From the human T2T-CHM13v2.0 reference genome, Homo sapiens: a stretch of 64,000 nt of DNA. The notes below the pieces were generated by a model. That model ran no database searches. It saw only the letters and a program-made list of their open reading frames with translations, and had not been told where the DNA came from. Every line of letters starts with the position of its first letter. Positions within the stretch are counted from its first letter, which is position 1. This document shows positions 42,196 through 54,865 of the stretch, piece by piece. Where the stretch lies: assembly GCA_009914755.4 (NCBI GenBank), contig CP068257.2:42656001-42720000 (forward strand). Reading direction: 5' to 3'. The translations under genes were made by a program, and so were the position numbers.

Positions 42196-42492
42196 GCCAG
42201 GCGTGGTGACTCACACCTGTAATCCCAGCACTTTGGGAGGCCAAGACGGGCAGATCACGAGGTCAGGAGATTGAGACCATCCTGGCTAACATGGTGAAAC
42301 CCCGTCTCTACTAAAAATACAAAAAATTAGCTGGGCGTGGTGGTGGGCACCTGTAGTCCCAGCTACTTGGGAGGCTGAGGCAGGAGAATGGCGTGAACCT
42401 GGAGGGCGGAGCTTGGCAGTGAGCCGAGATCGTGCCACTGCACTCCAGCCTGGGCCACAGAGCGAGAATCCACCTCAAAAAAAAAAAAAATC
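42196..42492 (+). mobile_element. Alu SINE inserted in the right arm of the foldback element (TSD aaaaaatcagagct)
   Basis: ggccaggcgtggtgactcacacctgtaatcccagcactttgggaggccaagacgggcagatcacgaggtcagg...poly(A); aaaatcagag is duplicated on both sides. Confidence 0.9.
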
Positions 42493-44246
42493 AGAGCTTA
42501 GTCCTCAGGTTGGTGTAAGATGTGGGATGACAGAAAAGTCTCAGAGCAGTGCCTTCTGAGCTCTTCTACACCAAGCAGGCAGAATGTTCACTGCTAATGA
42601 GGCTGGAGCTGGTCCCCAGCAGTGGTAGGAAGCTTCCAGCAGGCTCAGGCTGTGGGTGCTTGCAGGGGCACAGTGTGACGGCCACGGGCCTCAGAGCTCT
42701 GGTGGGCTCACGAAGGCTCCACTGGACCTACGTCACAGCCTTGGCCCCCTGCCCAGCCCTGGGCCTCCCTTCTTACAGGGGGTGAGTTAGGCACGCTGCT
42801 CCCCAGTAAATCTCAGGGGGCTACACACAGAGCCTGCTTCCCAGAGACACGCAGAGTGGGGGACACAGGAGCTTCCTGTCGAGTCTTTGAAGCAAGGCCA
42901 CCACCGCCATCACCAGGCACACAGGGCCGACACCCGCTTTGTGGTTTCAGCCAGTGGGTCGGGGTTTCTGGCTTGCAGCTAGGGATACTGCTGAGGACAA
43001 GGTACCATGGATCAACCGCTGCTCCCTCCTGCCCTGACAGCTGGGAGCTCTGCAGGGCTCAGCAGGGCAGGCTCACCCCCAACTCATGCAAACGCTATCC
43101 TGATGACACCTGCTGCTGAGTCCCATGCGCCCCAGGCCCCGTCCTTGTCTCTTCTTTCCTCCACCACCTTCGCCCCATAGGTGACACCCCCAGTCCAGAC
43201 CCCCTCCAGGCCGATACCCTAGTCACCTGCATTGCATAACAAATCACCCCCAGACTTAGCAGCTCACAATAGACATCGCTGTCTCCCGGTTTCTGAGGCT
43301 CAGGCATCTGGAGCAGCTGAGCTGCATGGCTGGGCTCAGCCTCCTGGGAGGGAAAGGGGGGCCGTCTCTGAGGACCTGGCTGAGGTCTCCTAGCTGCCCC
43401 ACAAGCTGTCGGTGGGAGGCTTCGCTCCCTGCAACATGGCCTCTCACAACATGGCCTCCCAAGGAGTGAGGGATGAGGGGGGCAGGGAGAGGGGGAGAGG
43501 AGGAGAGGGAGACAAATGGAGAGTCAGCAAACATGCTCCGGAGCTGAAGTTTTCATGATCTCGGAGTGACCACCTCTCCCCTGCCCATGTTGCTGGCCTC
43601 GCCACCCACCTGGTACGACTCAGGGGCAGAACCTGGTCCACCCTGGAGGCTCTGGGCTCCACACCACATCCCTGAGGCAAACTTTGGAACTCCTCGGGTG
43701 GCAGGTGCAGCACACCCCTCCCAGATGCCCTTGGGAACTCGAATCTTCTCCCTTGGTCTCAGGAGCCAGTGCGGTGGGTAGCCTGCCTGACCCCCTGCTG
43801 ACCGAGGACCTCCCCACCGGCTGGTGCTGCAGATGGTTCAGATTCCTGTGGCAGGTCAGAGCCAGGCCTGGGAGAAGGGACAGGCAGCACGTGTTGATTT
43901 ACATTTTTTCAGTGTCCTGAGAGGTCTTCAGGCCTCGTGGTCATTTCCAGCTCCGTTCTCGTAATTGCCATTCTGGGAGCCATTGGCGCAAGGGCACCTG
44001 GCACAGAGAGTTTACAGTGGCCACGCTGGCTGCAGTCTTTACCCTGGCGTGGCATCCATCGCTGTCCTTTCACATTTTAAGAACAGTTCTGCTGTATATT
44101 TCCAGAATGCAGATGACTCTGTGGACTCCAGAGATGAAAAGAAACATGTCTGTTCCCTCAGCCTGAAGCCCTGCTCTAGACCAGGTGTCGGCAAACTGCA
44201 GCCCACTGGCTAGATTGGGCCCGCCATCTGTTTGCAAATAAAGGTT

Positions 44247-44972
44247 TTTCTTTCTTTCTTTCTTTCTTTTTGAGATGGAGTCTCACTCTGTCACCCAGGC
44301 TGGAGTGCAAGGGCCTGATCTTGGGTCACTGCAACCTCCCCATCCTGGGTTTAAGTGATTCTCCTGCCTCAGGCTCCTGAGTAGGTGGGACTATAGGTGT
44401 CAGGCCTCTGAGCCCAAGCTAAACCATCATATCCCCTGTGACCTGCACGTATACATCCAGATGGTCTGAAGTAACTGAAGAATCACAAAAGAAGTGAAAA
44501 TGGCCTTAACTGATGACATTACCTTGATTCCTGCCTTAACTGATGACATTACCTTGTGAAATTCCTTCTCCTGGCTCAGAAGCTCCCCCACTGAGCATCT
44601 TGTGACCCCCACCCCTGCCCGCAAGAGAACAACCCCCTTTGACTGTAATTTTCCACAACCTACCCAAATCCTATAAAACAGCCCCACCCCTATCTCCCTT
44701 TGCTGACTCTCTTTTCGGACTCAGCCCACCTGCACCCAGGTGAAATAAACAGCCCTGTTGCTCACTCAAAGCCTGTTTGATGGTCTCTTCACACGGACAC
44801 ACGTGACAATAGGCATGCACCACCATGTTCGGCTAATTTTTTGTATTTTATTAGAGACAGGGTTTCACCATTTTGGCCAGGCTGATTTCAAACTCCTGGC
44901 CTCAACTAATCTGCCCGCCTCAGCCTCCCAAAGTGCTGGGATTACAGACGTGAGCCACCGTGCCCAGTCCGC
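44247..44972 (-). mobile_element. Antisense Alu interrupted by the same ERV9/LTR12-like solo-LTR fragment (44398-44810)
   Basis: (tttc)n tail and antisense Alu (44247-44397), then the insert tgtcaggcctctgagcccaagctaaaccatcat...ggtctcttcacacggacacacgtgacaat, then the antisense Alu resumes aggcatgcaccaccatgttcggctaatttttgtat...; the insert is 85-90% identical to 39631-40041 in reverse complement. Confidence 0.7.
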
Positions 44973-45351
44973 AAAGTTTAATTAATATTAGTGCCCAGCT
45001 ATACTGTATTTGTTCATTCTTGCATTGCTATTAAAAAACCCCTCAGATTGGGTAATTTATAAGGAAAGAGGCCTAACTGGCTTACGGTCCTGCAGGCTGT
45101 ACAGGAGGCATGGTGGCTTCTGCTTCTGGGGAGGCTTCAGAAGCTTCCGATCATGATAGAAGGCAAAGCGGGCAGGTGTCTCACATGGCAGGAGTAAGAG
45201 AGAGAGACAGGGGCAGGTGCCACACACTTAAACGACCAGATCTTGCAAGAACTTACTCACTATTACGGGAACAGCACCAAGAGGATGGTGTTCAATCATT
45301 CATGAGAAATGCCTCCTTGATCCAATAACCTTCCACACTGTGGATTACAAT

Positions 45352-45640
45352 TTTTTTGAGACAGAGTCTCGCTCTGTTGCCCAGGCTGGAGTTCAGTGGC
45401 ACGATCTCGGTTCACAGCAACCTCTGTCTCTTGGGTTCAAGTGATTCTCCTGCCTCAGCCTCCGAGTAGCTGGGATTACAGGCGCACACCACCACGCCTG
45501 GCTAATTTTTGTATTTTTAGTAGAGATGGGGTTTCACCATTGGACAAGGCTGGTCTTGAACTCCTGACCTCAAGTGATCTGCCTGCCTCGGCCTCCCAAA
45601 GTGCTGGGATTACAGGTGTGAGCCACTGTGCCTGGCCTGG
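45352..45640 (-). mobile_element. Alu SINE (antisense)
   Basis: tttttttgagacagagtctcgctctgttgcccaggctggagttcagtggc ... gattacaggtgtgagccactgtgcctggcc. Confidence 0.9.
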
Positions 45641-47007
45641 GGATTACAATTTGACATGACATTTGGGTGGGGCACAGAGCCAATCCACGTAACATACTGA
45701 TTCATTTATGTAGTTGATCCTCGAACCACTCAAGAGTTGGGGGCTTCAACACCCCTTAAAGTTGAAAATCTGTGCATAACTTTTGACTCCTCCAAAACTT
45801 AACTATGAGTAGCTCACTATTGACCAGAAGGAAGGCTTACTGATAGCATCAACACATATTTTGTATGTTGTATTATAAACTGTATTCCTACAATAAAGGG
45901 AACTAGAGAGAAGAAAATGTTATTAAGAAAATCATAAGGAAGATAAAATATATTTACATTAAGTAGAAGCAGGTCATCATAAAGGCCTTGCCGTCTTCCT
46001 GTGAGTAGGAGAAGGGGGAGGAGGAGGGGGTGGTCTAGCATCTCAGGGGTGGCAGAGGCGGAAGAAAATCTGCATAGAAGTGGATCCCCGCAGCTGAAAC
46101 CCGTGTCGTTCAGGGTCAGCCGAATGGCCCACGGCTGCCTTCCCACTGCAAGGGCAGAGGCGAGGAGCTGGGACAGAGACCACGTGGCCGGCAAAGCCTG
46201 CCACAGCGACCATGCGGCCCTGTGCAGAGAGTTTGCTGCTCCTGCTCTAGCTGGGACCTCCCTCCTTCCTGGAGTGTCCTCTGAGGAGCCCGCCGCCTGT
46301 CACCTGCTCCCGCGCCTCACTCAGGACCAGAGTGTGCCAGTGCCTGCGGCCCTGTCACTGCCTTTTTCTCCAGTTGTGGTTTCCTCCTGCTGCCAGAGCA
46401 GGGCCCTTTTTACCTGGGCCTCGTGCCCACACCGTGAGAAACACTTTGTGCCAAGTGCTTTCTCCTCTGAACTCGAGAGGACTCTCCATGGAGATTGGTA
46501 CCTGCCAATCGGGTTTTATGGTCGCGTGTCCTCTCTTTTATGGGAAGAATATCGCGTAATTGCTACTGCAGCAGCGTCCGGGCAGACAGACGTGCAGTGT
46601 GCGGTTCTTCTCTAGAAAGGCAGGAGCCGCTCCCAGGGCGATGTGGGCCCGGCTGTTTCATCAGAGATGGTCAGCTTGGTACCTACTTCACCTTAAATGA
46701 TGTTCCCACAGAGGCCCCGGGATACTTGGAAACAAGCGCCCAGCCCCTCTCGCAGATGGCTCTGCAGTTACGACTGTCTTATAAAATATTAACTGCCTTG
46801 CGTTATGTTTTTAGTTAACGAGATGGCTCTCTAGCCAGAAAGCACCCAGGGCAGGGGCACTGGATGGGGCTCTGCTGACATGGAGCGGGTGAAAGGGAGG
46901 GCGTCTTCACCTCCTTTGTCTGTTAAGGGGGCTCTAAGACACCTCTCTGGGGGTGTTGCTGATTGTGATAGGACCCAACTCCTGCAGTGGGTGCTCGTCG
47001 AGCACAT

Positions 47008-47160
47008 CTAGTTGCAGGGTGGACCGGGCGAGGACTGTACCGTCCAGCAGGGCGCAGCTGCGGGTGTGTGGGGACACTGTGTCTAGTTGCAGGGTGGACC
47101 GGGCGGAGGACTGTACCGTCCAGCAGGGCGCGGCTGCGGGTGTGTGGGGACACCGTGCTG
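47008..47160. repeat. Tandem duplication (2 x about 76 bp) in the CFAP410-TRPM2 intergenic region
   Basis: tctagttgcagggtggaccgggcgaggactgtaccgtccagcagggcgcagctgcgggtgtgtggggacactgtg repeated with 4 substitutions. Confidence 0.85.
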
Positions 47161-48198
47161 GCCACTCTGGAGGGCAGCTTCCGGCCATGCTTGTGCAGAG
47201 CACAGTGTCCTGAAGAGGTGACAGTGTCCTGAGTGCTGTCCTACACCAGGGGCTATGACCGCCTTCCCACCACTTTGCAGGCACCAGGATGGTGGGTTAG
47301 TGAGATGGTGGACATCCTTGGGCGCGCCAGCACCGCTGGCTGGCTCATCTGCGGAGGGCCTTCCAGAGGCGTGTGCTCTGGGCAGTAGTCTGGGCAGCAG
47401 GCCTGCACACCCAGGGAGGAAATGAGGGTGGCGGGTCAGGCAGTAGTCTGGGGGCACCCTCCCTCCTCCCAGATCAGAGGCCACAGGACCTCTTCACTTC
47501 CCTGGACATGGAGGCCAGCAGGGCCCAGGAATGGCAGCCGGGTATCGCCCGCTGGTGGCAAGGAAGGGGCGGACAGTGTGGCTTTGTGGGGTGAAAGGGC
47601 GTCTGGGTCACTTGGGAAAGGCACATTCGCCTTCTCAGGCATCAGAGGGCAGTCCCCGTCCCTCCCCAAGCCAGAGAGTGGGCAGCACACAGGGTGGAGT
47701 TAGACATCCATGGGGCCCCGTGGCCAGCACCTGCCGCGATGGGGACTGCTGGGCTTGATCTTTCTGGCTGTTCCTGTCCCCTCCACTGTGACACATCCAG
47801 GGAGCAGGCCCTGAGCCTGCCCCAGCCTTGGGGTCCTGCCTCTCTCACTGGGAATGGTCCCTGGCTTGGGGCCACATCTGGGGTGCTGGGGGAGGGGGCT
47901 GCAGAGGTCTTCGAGAAGGGGGTCCTGGGTCTCGTTGTGGGGGGGGTCTCACTCAGGCCCAGGTCCCCCTGCGACTCCTGCCCTGCCTTTCCCGCTCCCG
48001 TTGGCCATTCAGGGCTTAAAGATAATCGCGGCACTCGCCGGTTTAAAGGAGACACGTGCCCCCAACCCTCCGAAGGCACACATCCGCGCGAGGGTCCGGT
48101 TCCAGGTCTCTGGGGGAGGGCGGGCTCGCAGGCGGGGTGTCTGGGCCCAGCCTTCCCTGGCGTGTCCTTGGCTCTAGCTGCGGGCGCGGGACGCGGCG

Positions 48199-48362
48199 CG
48201 GGAGACGCTCTCCGGGCTGAGTGACGCAGAGCGCTGCGGGCGGCTCCACTGCACCGGGCACGCGGCGCACGCTCGGGCGAGATGTGGATGGCCCCGCGGG
48301 GCCAGGGCGGCGGTGCTGCGCGGGGACGCGGGTGACGCCGGGGCGCGGGCGGCTCCGAGCAG
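48199..48362 (+). other. TRPM2: TRPM2 non-coding exon 1 (5' UTR); start approximate, donor GAGCAG|gtaggt at 48362/48363
   Basis: The CpG island has a strong GT donor (gctccgagcag|gtaggtgcc), and the next exon begins 1 nt before the ATG behind an AG acceptor. The TSS position is inferred, not observed. Confidence 0.5.
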
Positions 48363-48547
48363 GTAGGTGCCCGCCGGGGCCGGGGCGAGGGCGCGAGCCC
48401 GGGTGCGGGGACTGAGGCGGCCGTCCCGGGAGCTTGTGAAGGTTGAGGCGGGGTGCAAGGGCGCGGACCGGGGTGCCGAGTGCGTGCAGGGGTGCGGGGT
48501 GCGGGGACCGAGGCGGCCGGCCCCGGTGCTGCTGCAGGGCGCGGCGG

Positions 48548-48830
48548 AGTGCAGGGGCGCGGTGGGGTGCAGGGGCGCAGGCGGGGTTCGGGGCGCTGGT
48601 GCAGGGCGCGGTGGGGTGCAAGGGCGCAGGCGGGGTTCGGGGCGCTGGTGCAGGGCACGGCGGGGTGCAGGGGCGCGGGTGGGGCTCGAGGCGCTGGTGC
48701 AGGGCGCGGTGGGGTGCAGGGGCGCGAAGGGGCTCCGGGCACTGGTGCAGGGTGCGGTGGGGTGCAGGGGCGGGCGGGGTTCGGGGCGCTGGTGCAGGGG
48801 CACCGGTGGGGTTCGGGGCGCGGACTGGAG
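48548..48830. repeat. GC-rich minisatellite (about 60-bp unit x about 5) inside the TRPM2 CpG island / start of intron 1
   Basis: (gggcgcggtggggtgcaggggcgcaggcggggttcggggcgctggtgca)n with variants. Confidence 0.85.
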
Positions 48831-50820
48831 CACCCAGTGTGCGCAGAGGCGCGGGGCGCTGACTGGGAGCCGGGTGCGGTCTGTTTGCGGGACGCCTTGC
48901 CGCTGGAGCGACCCTGTCCGGCTGGCGCGAGGGGACCCGGGGATGAGGGACTCAGCCGTCCTCGTGCCCCTGCCCGTCCGCCGGGACAGCAGGGCCCGCT
49001 TCTGGGGCGCTTACTTCCTCCGTCCCCGCACCCGCCTCTGCCTGCCCAGTCTCCGAAGCGCTGGCTTTCACGCGGGGATTTCAGAAGATGCCCGAGCAAC
49101 CTCCAGAGAGGGCAGGGAGGCCACACGGTGTACCGAGGGAGTGCAGGGCGCGCCTGTCCCAGTCCTGCTGGTGCCAGAGGCCCGCCCTGCCCAGACAGAA
49201 CCTTCCATTTCCCCGGGGAATCTGCTGGGCTGGGCTGGGCTGGCTGGGGGCGGGTGGGCACACCAGGATCCTCTCGAGTCGCCTGGTCCTGGGCTCGCGT
49301 GCCAACGAGTCTTCTTGAATTCGGCCTAGGTGATGGTGGTAGTGGTCTTCCCGCTGCCACCCCTGCCATGCGGGACCCCCGGGGCTGAGGGAGGGGCTGC
49401 TCAGTGGCTAACCCTGAAGGGTAGGGAATGCTGCCCCAACCCACACTCCCTGGGGCTCCACTGCCCCCTTTCTCCGGGAATAGCTCTGTGCAGGGCTTGG
49501 GTTTGGAAATCCACCCACATGGGGCCTTGCCTTGCTCAGGCCTGCTTCATGCATCTGTCTTCTGGAAGCTCATTTCCTGAGTGCTCTCAACACTCACACC
49601 TGTGCCAGTTGCTTGTGGAGAATTTTAGCTGTGAACCAGGGTGGCCCAAGCTGTTCTCAGGTGACTTGTGAGAAAGGGATTGAGCCTGTAATTTTGGGTA
49701 GAAGAACCCCAGAAAGGGCTGGATGGGCCCTTGGAAGGTCGTTGCCAGGCCTGGGTTTTCAGGGTTCTGCACCCCTGGGCTGAGGCTGAGGCACCCGTCC
49801 TGTTGGGCACTGGGTCGAGCCATTGGCCCCCCCACAGCGGGCATCAGATGCTCACAGGGGCTCCTGGCTGCCTCCTGCAAAGTCGGGTGGTGCTGGAGCA
49901 GGTCTGACCTGCTTCCCAGGGCCTGCTTGCCTCTGGGATTAGAGGAACCTGCACAAGACCCCAGGGGCTGTGCTGAGGTGGACAGCTGCCTGAAAGATGA
50001 GCGTGTGAACAGAACATGCTGGTCTTAAGGCAGAGAGTCCCACACCGTGGACCCTCCCGTCTGATGCTGGGGTCTTCGTTTCCAGCGTGGAGCCATCCTC
50101 ATCCCGTGCAGGGTGGACCGCCTGCCTGGGGAGCCACCTGCAGTCTGGGTCCCCTTGCGGTGCCACTGCGATCTCTCTAGAGCCTCCTCTTCCTCCTGCC
50201 ACTGGGGACATCTCTGCCCCTCTGCTTCCCTCGGAAGCTGGTTGTGAAGCCGGGCCAGTGGCTGCGGGGACAGCTCATGGCCCTGGAAAGACCCCACTGG
50301 CATGCGGCACAACATCTGCTCTGAGAACTGCAGGAAAAGGCCGGGCAGGGCACCCCTGCCATCCTGCCAGTGAAGTTTACGGGTCTCGGAATGAGTGTGG
50401 CCAAGGGGCAAAGGGGAGGAGGGAGAGGGGGAGGTGGGGTTGCCTGAGAGTGCCCGCCCCAGGACAGCAGCCCGTAGCTCAGCCCCAAGAGCCCGGCACC
50501 GAGCTTCGAGCTGCGTGGCCCCGAAGAGGGGCTCAGTCACCTAATGTGATGAGGGGACGGCAGAGCAAAGGCTTGTCTGACAGTGACCGTCGTGTGTAGT
50601 GGAGAGGACGTGGCCAGAGATCTGGTTTCAGGGCAGGGATGAGGGGGGATTCCAGTCAGATCTTTTGCATCCCAGCAACCCTCCCCTTGACACCTTTGGG
50701 GCAGTGGCAGGGGATGACCATGGATGACCTCATGAGAACACTGTGGGTGTCAGGGACTCAGGGAGGCCCCGCAGGGCTTGAACATGCTTATGTTTCTCAT
50801 TTGTAAAGGGAGGGCAGTCA

Positions 50821-51286
<466 letters not shown>

Positions 51287-51786
51287 CTATTTAAAAAAAT
51301 TTTGGAATATGAAAGTAGTCACTGGTGTCTGGAAGCAGGAGCTGTGCAGAATTGTACAGTTGCGAAACCATGTCGCTGGCAGCTGGTGCTGGCGGTGGAG
51401 ACTTCCCTGTGCGGTGCTCAGTGCAGCTGCACCCGTGGGGGAGGGAGCTCTTTCTCTGGCCCTGCAGTGACCTGAGGTTGTTACCATTATGAACGGCCGC
51501 TGGGACCCCCGCATGTGCATGTACTCCCCCAGAGTGTCCGGGGGCCCCAGCCAAGGGACACAGCTCAGGCAGCTGGGAACATGTGCAGGCTGATGAAGAG
51601 AACCGGATGAGGGCTTCACATGAGGAAGCATGTGGCCAGGTCCTCTCAGAACATCAGCCTCATCTTCCTGTCTCTGATCTATTTCAGCAACCACCCCATG
51701 TGTCTCTAGAACCCCAGTGTAGCGAGCTGGAGAGAGGACTGTCCTGAGGGCAGCAGGCCTGGTTGCAGCTGGCGTGGGGGTCTCAG

Positions 51787-51952
51787 AATGGAGCCCTCAG
51801 CCCTGAGGAAAGCTGGCTCGGAGCAGGAGGAGGGCTTTGAGGGGCTGCCCAGAAGGGTCACTGACCTGGGGATGGTCTCCAATCTCCGGCGCAGCAACAG
51901 CAGCCTCTTCAAGAGCTGGAGGCTACAGTGCCCCTTCGGCAACAATGACAAG
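51787..51952 (+). CDS. TRPM2: TRPM2 exon 2 (first coding exon; ATG at 51788; MEPSALRKAGSEQEEGFEGLPRRVTDLGMVSNLRRSNSSLFKSWRLQCPFGNNDK)
   Basis: Acceptor gggtctcag|AATGGAG; donor GACAAG|gtaggc; 55 codons. Confidence 0.9.
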
Positions 51953-52734
51953 GTAGGCTTTCTGCTGGTCAGCCTGCAGTTGGCACGTGGCCACGGAGGT
52001 CACCGTTGGGCAGGTCATAGCTTGAGGCTGTGACGACGGGGGTGGGAAAGGGTCTGCTGACCTTGGGGGCTCCTGCCCAACCATACCTTTGGGAGAACAG
52101 AACTGGGGAGGGTGATGCGTGTCTCGTCTTCTGTGGGTTGCATGACCATTTCCCATGGTTGGTCTGATTGGGAAATCACCGGGTTAACTCAAAAATGTTG
52201 CGCTAGAGTCCTGGAAATCTGTTACCCGTGCTTACCTTGTTGCATAATGATTTCACATCCTTTATCCGATTGGGAGGGCCTGGGCCTGGGCTAGCTTTCC
52301 CCAAAGCCCTGGATACAAAGACACAAGTATGTTGAAAGCACATGGCATCTTGCAGTCCCCTTGCCAGGCAGGCAGGAGGGTGGCTGCCCTTTTTCCGATG
52401 GTGCAAGATCCAGGTCCCCAGATCCCCAGCCTCCACGTTTTCCACCACACCATGTTGTTCCCAAGGAAGGTGGTGGTGCTGTAGAAACTGTAAAGTGCGC
52501 GCACATTCAAAATGGTCCCAAGAGGAAATGATTTCTTAGATTCATTCCTCCCTCCTGAATCCCCACCGGAGAGTCTTGGCAAGGTGCTTCTAATCTTTGG
52601 CTCAGGGTCGCGCAGGCTTCCTTCCTTCAAGCAAATAGTGTGAAAGCTCCTCAAGGAGCTCAGATGTGTCTCCAGGGGGCTGGGTGTGCTCTTTCGAATG
52701 TTGGAAGATCTCAGTGTGCTGTCTTTACCTTCAG

Positions 52735-52823
52735 CAAGAAAGCCTCAGTTCGTGGATTCCTGAAAACATCAAGAAGAAAGAATGCGTGTATTTTGTGGAA
52801 AGTTCCAAACTGTCTGATGCTGG
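52735..52823 (+). CDS. TRPM2: TRPM2 exon 3 (QESLSSWIPENIKKKECVYFVESSKLSDAG)
   Basis: Acceptor tttaccttcag|CAAGAAAGC; donor GCTGG|gtaagt; 89 nt. Confidence 0.9.
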
Positions 52824-54147
52824 GTAAGTGACGTGATTTGTGTGTAAGACCTCTGACTTCTTCCTTCCGATCCCACATGGAGTAGCTGATCAGGCCAAGA
52901 CCCCTCAGGGCCTCAGTGAAGGGTCACTGGAGATACCTCTGTCTCCATACGAGGCTTAGAGTCCACAGAGCATTTCCACCTAACCCTTGCAAGCCTCCTG
53001 TCGGGGACAGTTGACCCTCATCCTGCCTCGCAGGTGCAGGGACCAAAGTGCAGAGTTTAGGTGACTTGTTCAGGGTCATAAGGGCACTGTCGCGCGGCGA
53101 GGCCCAGTGGTGTGAACACAGATGCATCCTCTAATCCTCTCATTTCCACACCTGCCCCCACCCCAAGAGAGAGAGTCCCAGGGTCCAGGAACTGGAAGGG
53201 CCTTAGGGAGAGTCCATGGCCAGAAGACTGCCCCCCTGCACAGCTTGCCAAAGCCAGAGGCCCGACTTGCCCCCAGGCCCCACAGAGCCCCCTTTGCCCC
53301 TCCTCCCCACAGAGCCCACGACTCAGGTGTGGCCAAGACCCCCGCCCAGGCAACATGGCCACTGTCTCTGAGTGGCTGGATATGGCCCTCCGGAGCCGAT
53401 GGTGCTCCCCGCAGTTGGCGCCCCTTTAGGCACGGACAGAGTGTTGATTCATGTTTGTGTGCCCTCCCCGAGCAACACCCATTTCATGCTCTTCCACAAA
53501 TGGGCCACACGCTTCCTCCTTTTACTCCATTGCCTGGTGAGCTCCTACTTATCCCTCAAGGCCTATTGCAGATGCTGCCTCTGCCGTGCAGCCTTCCGTG
53601 ACTATACAACCTCTACCAGGAAGTGAGCTTCCCTCCTACCGCACCGTGTGTTTCTCTTTGATCCCAGCTGTCGTGCTGTAACTGTGTGGCTTTGTGTTCA
53701 TCTTTCTTGCTAGCTGCTGAGCTTCTGGGGGGCTGGGACGAAAGCAGAGTGTTGTGTTAATTCCCAGAGAGTGGCCTTCAGCTCATATTTACTGAATATG
53801 GGGAGGGAGAAGCATCCTGTGCTTGGGAAATAGAAGAAGACTGTGTTGCCCCAGGGTACCTCTAGTGTACTCGGTACATCATCAGAGTTTCACGGTCACC
53901 AATACAACAGCTGTCCCTCCGCATCCCTGGGGAATTGTTCCCGGACACCCACGGACACCAAAATCCCATATCTCGTATCAGTCCCAAAATCTCATATCAA
54001 GTCACTGATATGAGATGGTGTGGTATTTGCATATAAACTATGTACATCCTTCAGCATACTTTAAATCATCTCTAGATTACTTATAATACCTGATACAATG
54101 TAGATGTTATAAAAATAGTTATACTGCATTTAAAAAATTTGTATTTT

Positions 54148-54265
54148 TGGGCCGGGCGCGGTGGCTCACGCCTGTAATCCCAGCACTTTGGGAGGCCGAG
54201 GCAGGTGATCCACCCGCCTCGGCCTCCCAAAGTGCTGGGATTACAGGCGTGAGCCACTGCATCTG
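54148..54265. repeat. Alu-derived inverted repeat (hairpin): arms 54159-54207 and 54211-54259, 3-nt loop
   Basis: gtggctcacgcctgtaatcccagcactttgggaggccgaggcaggtg atc cacccgcctcggcctcccaaagtgctgggattacaggcgtgagccac; the arms are reverse complements with a single mismatch. Confidence 0.85.
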
Positions 54266-54621
54266 GCTATGTTATTTTTAATTGTTTTTTTTTTTCCTGA
54301 ATATTTTTAGTCTGCGTTTGGCTGAATCTGCAGATGCAAAACTCGCGGCCATGGAGGGCTGGATGTAGAGACAGTGATGAAGAGCCCCATGTGGAAGGAG
54401 CGGGGTCTGTAGAGCAGTGGTACTCCAGCCTCGGAGCTCACCCTTGTTACTGGAAAGGGGTCCCGATCCAGACCCCAAGGGCGGGTTCTTGGATCTCACA
54501 CGAGAAAGTATTTGGAGCGAGTCCACAGAGTAAAGTGAAAGCAAGTTATTAACAATGTAAAGGAATAAAAGAATGGCTTCTCCATAGGCAGAGCAGCCCT
54601 GAGGGCTGCTGCTTGGCTATT

Positions 54622-54865
<244 letters not shown>

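Larger units (their letters stand above)
47950..48900 (+). promoter_or_regulatory. TRPM2: TRPM2 promoter CpG island
   Basis: A dense CpG run spans the inferred TSS and extends into intron 1, including GC-rich tandem repeats. Confidence 0.6.

Noticed and set aside
47642-49444. 600-aa minus-strand ORF, and 311-320-aa plus-strand ORFs at 48367-49388, rich in Pro/Ala/Arg/Gly
   Set aside because: They lie entirely in the TRPM2 CpG island and its 60-bp GC-rich minisatellite. The composition is repeat-driven, they have no start context, and they read open in several frames on both strands, which is typical of GC-rich non-coding DNA.
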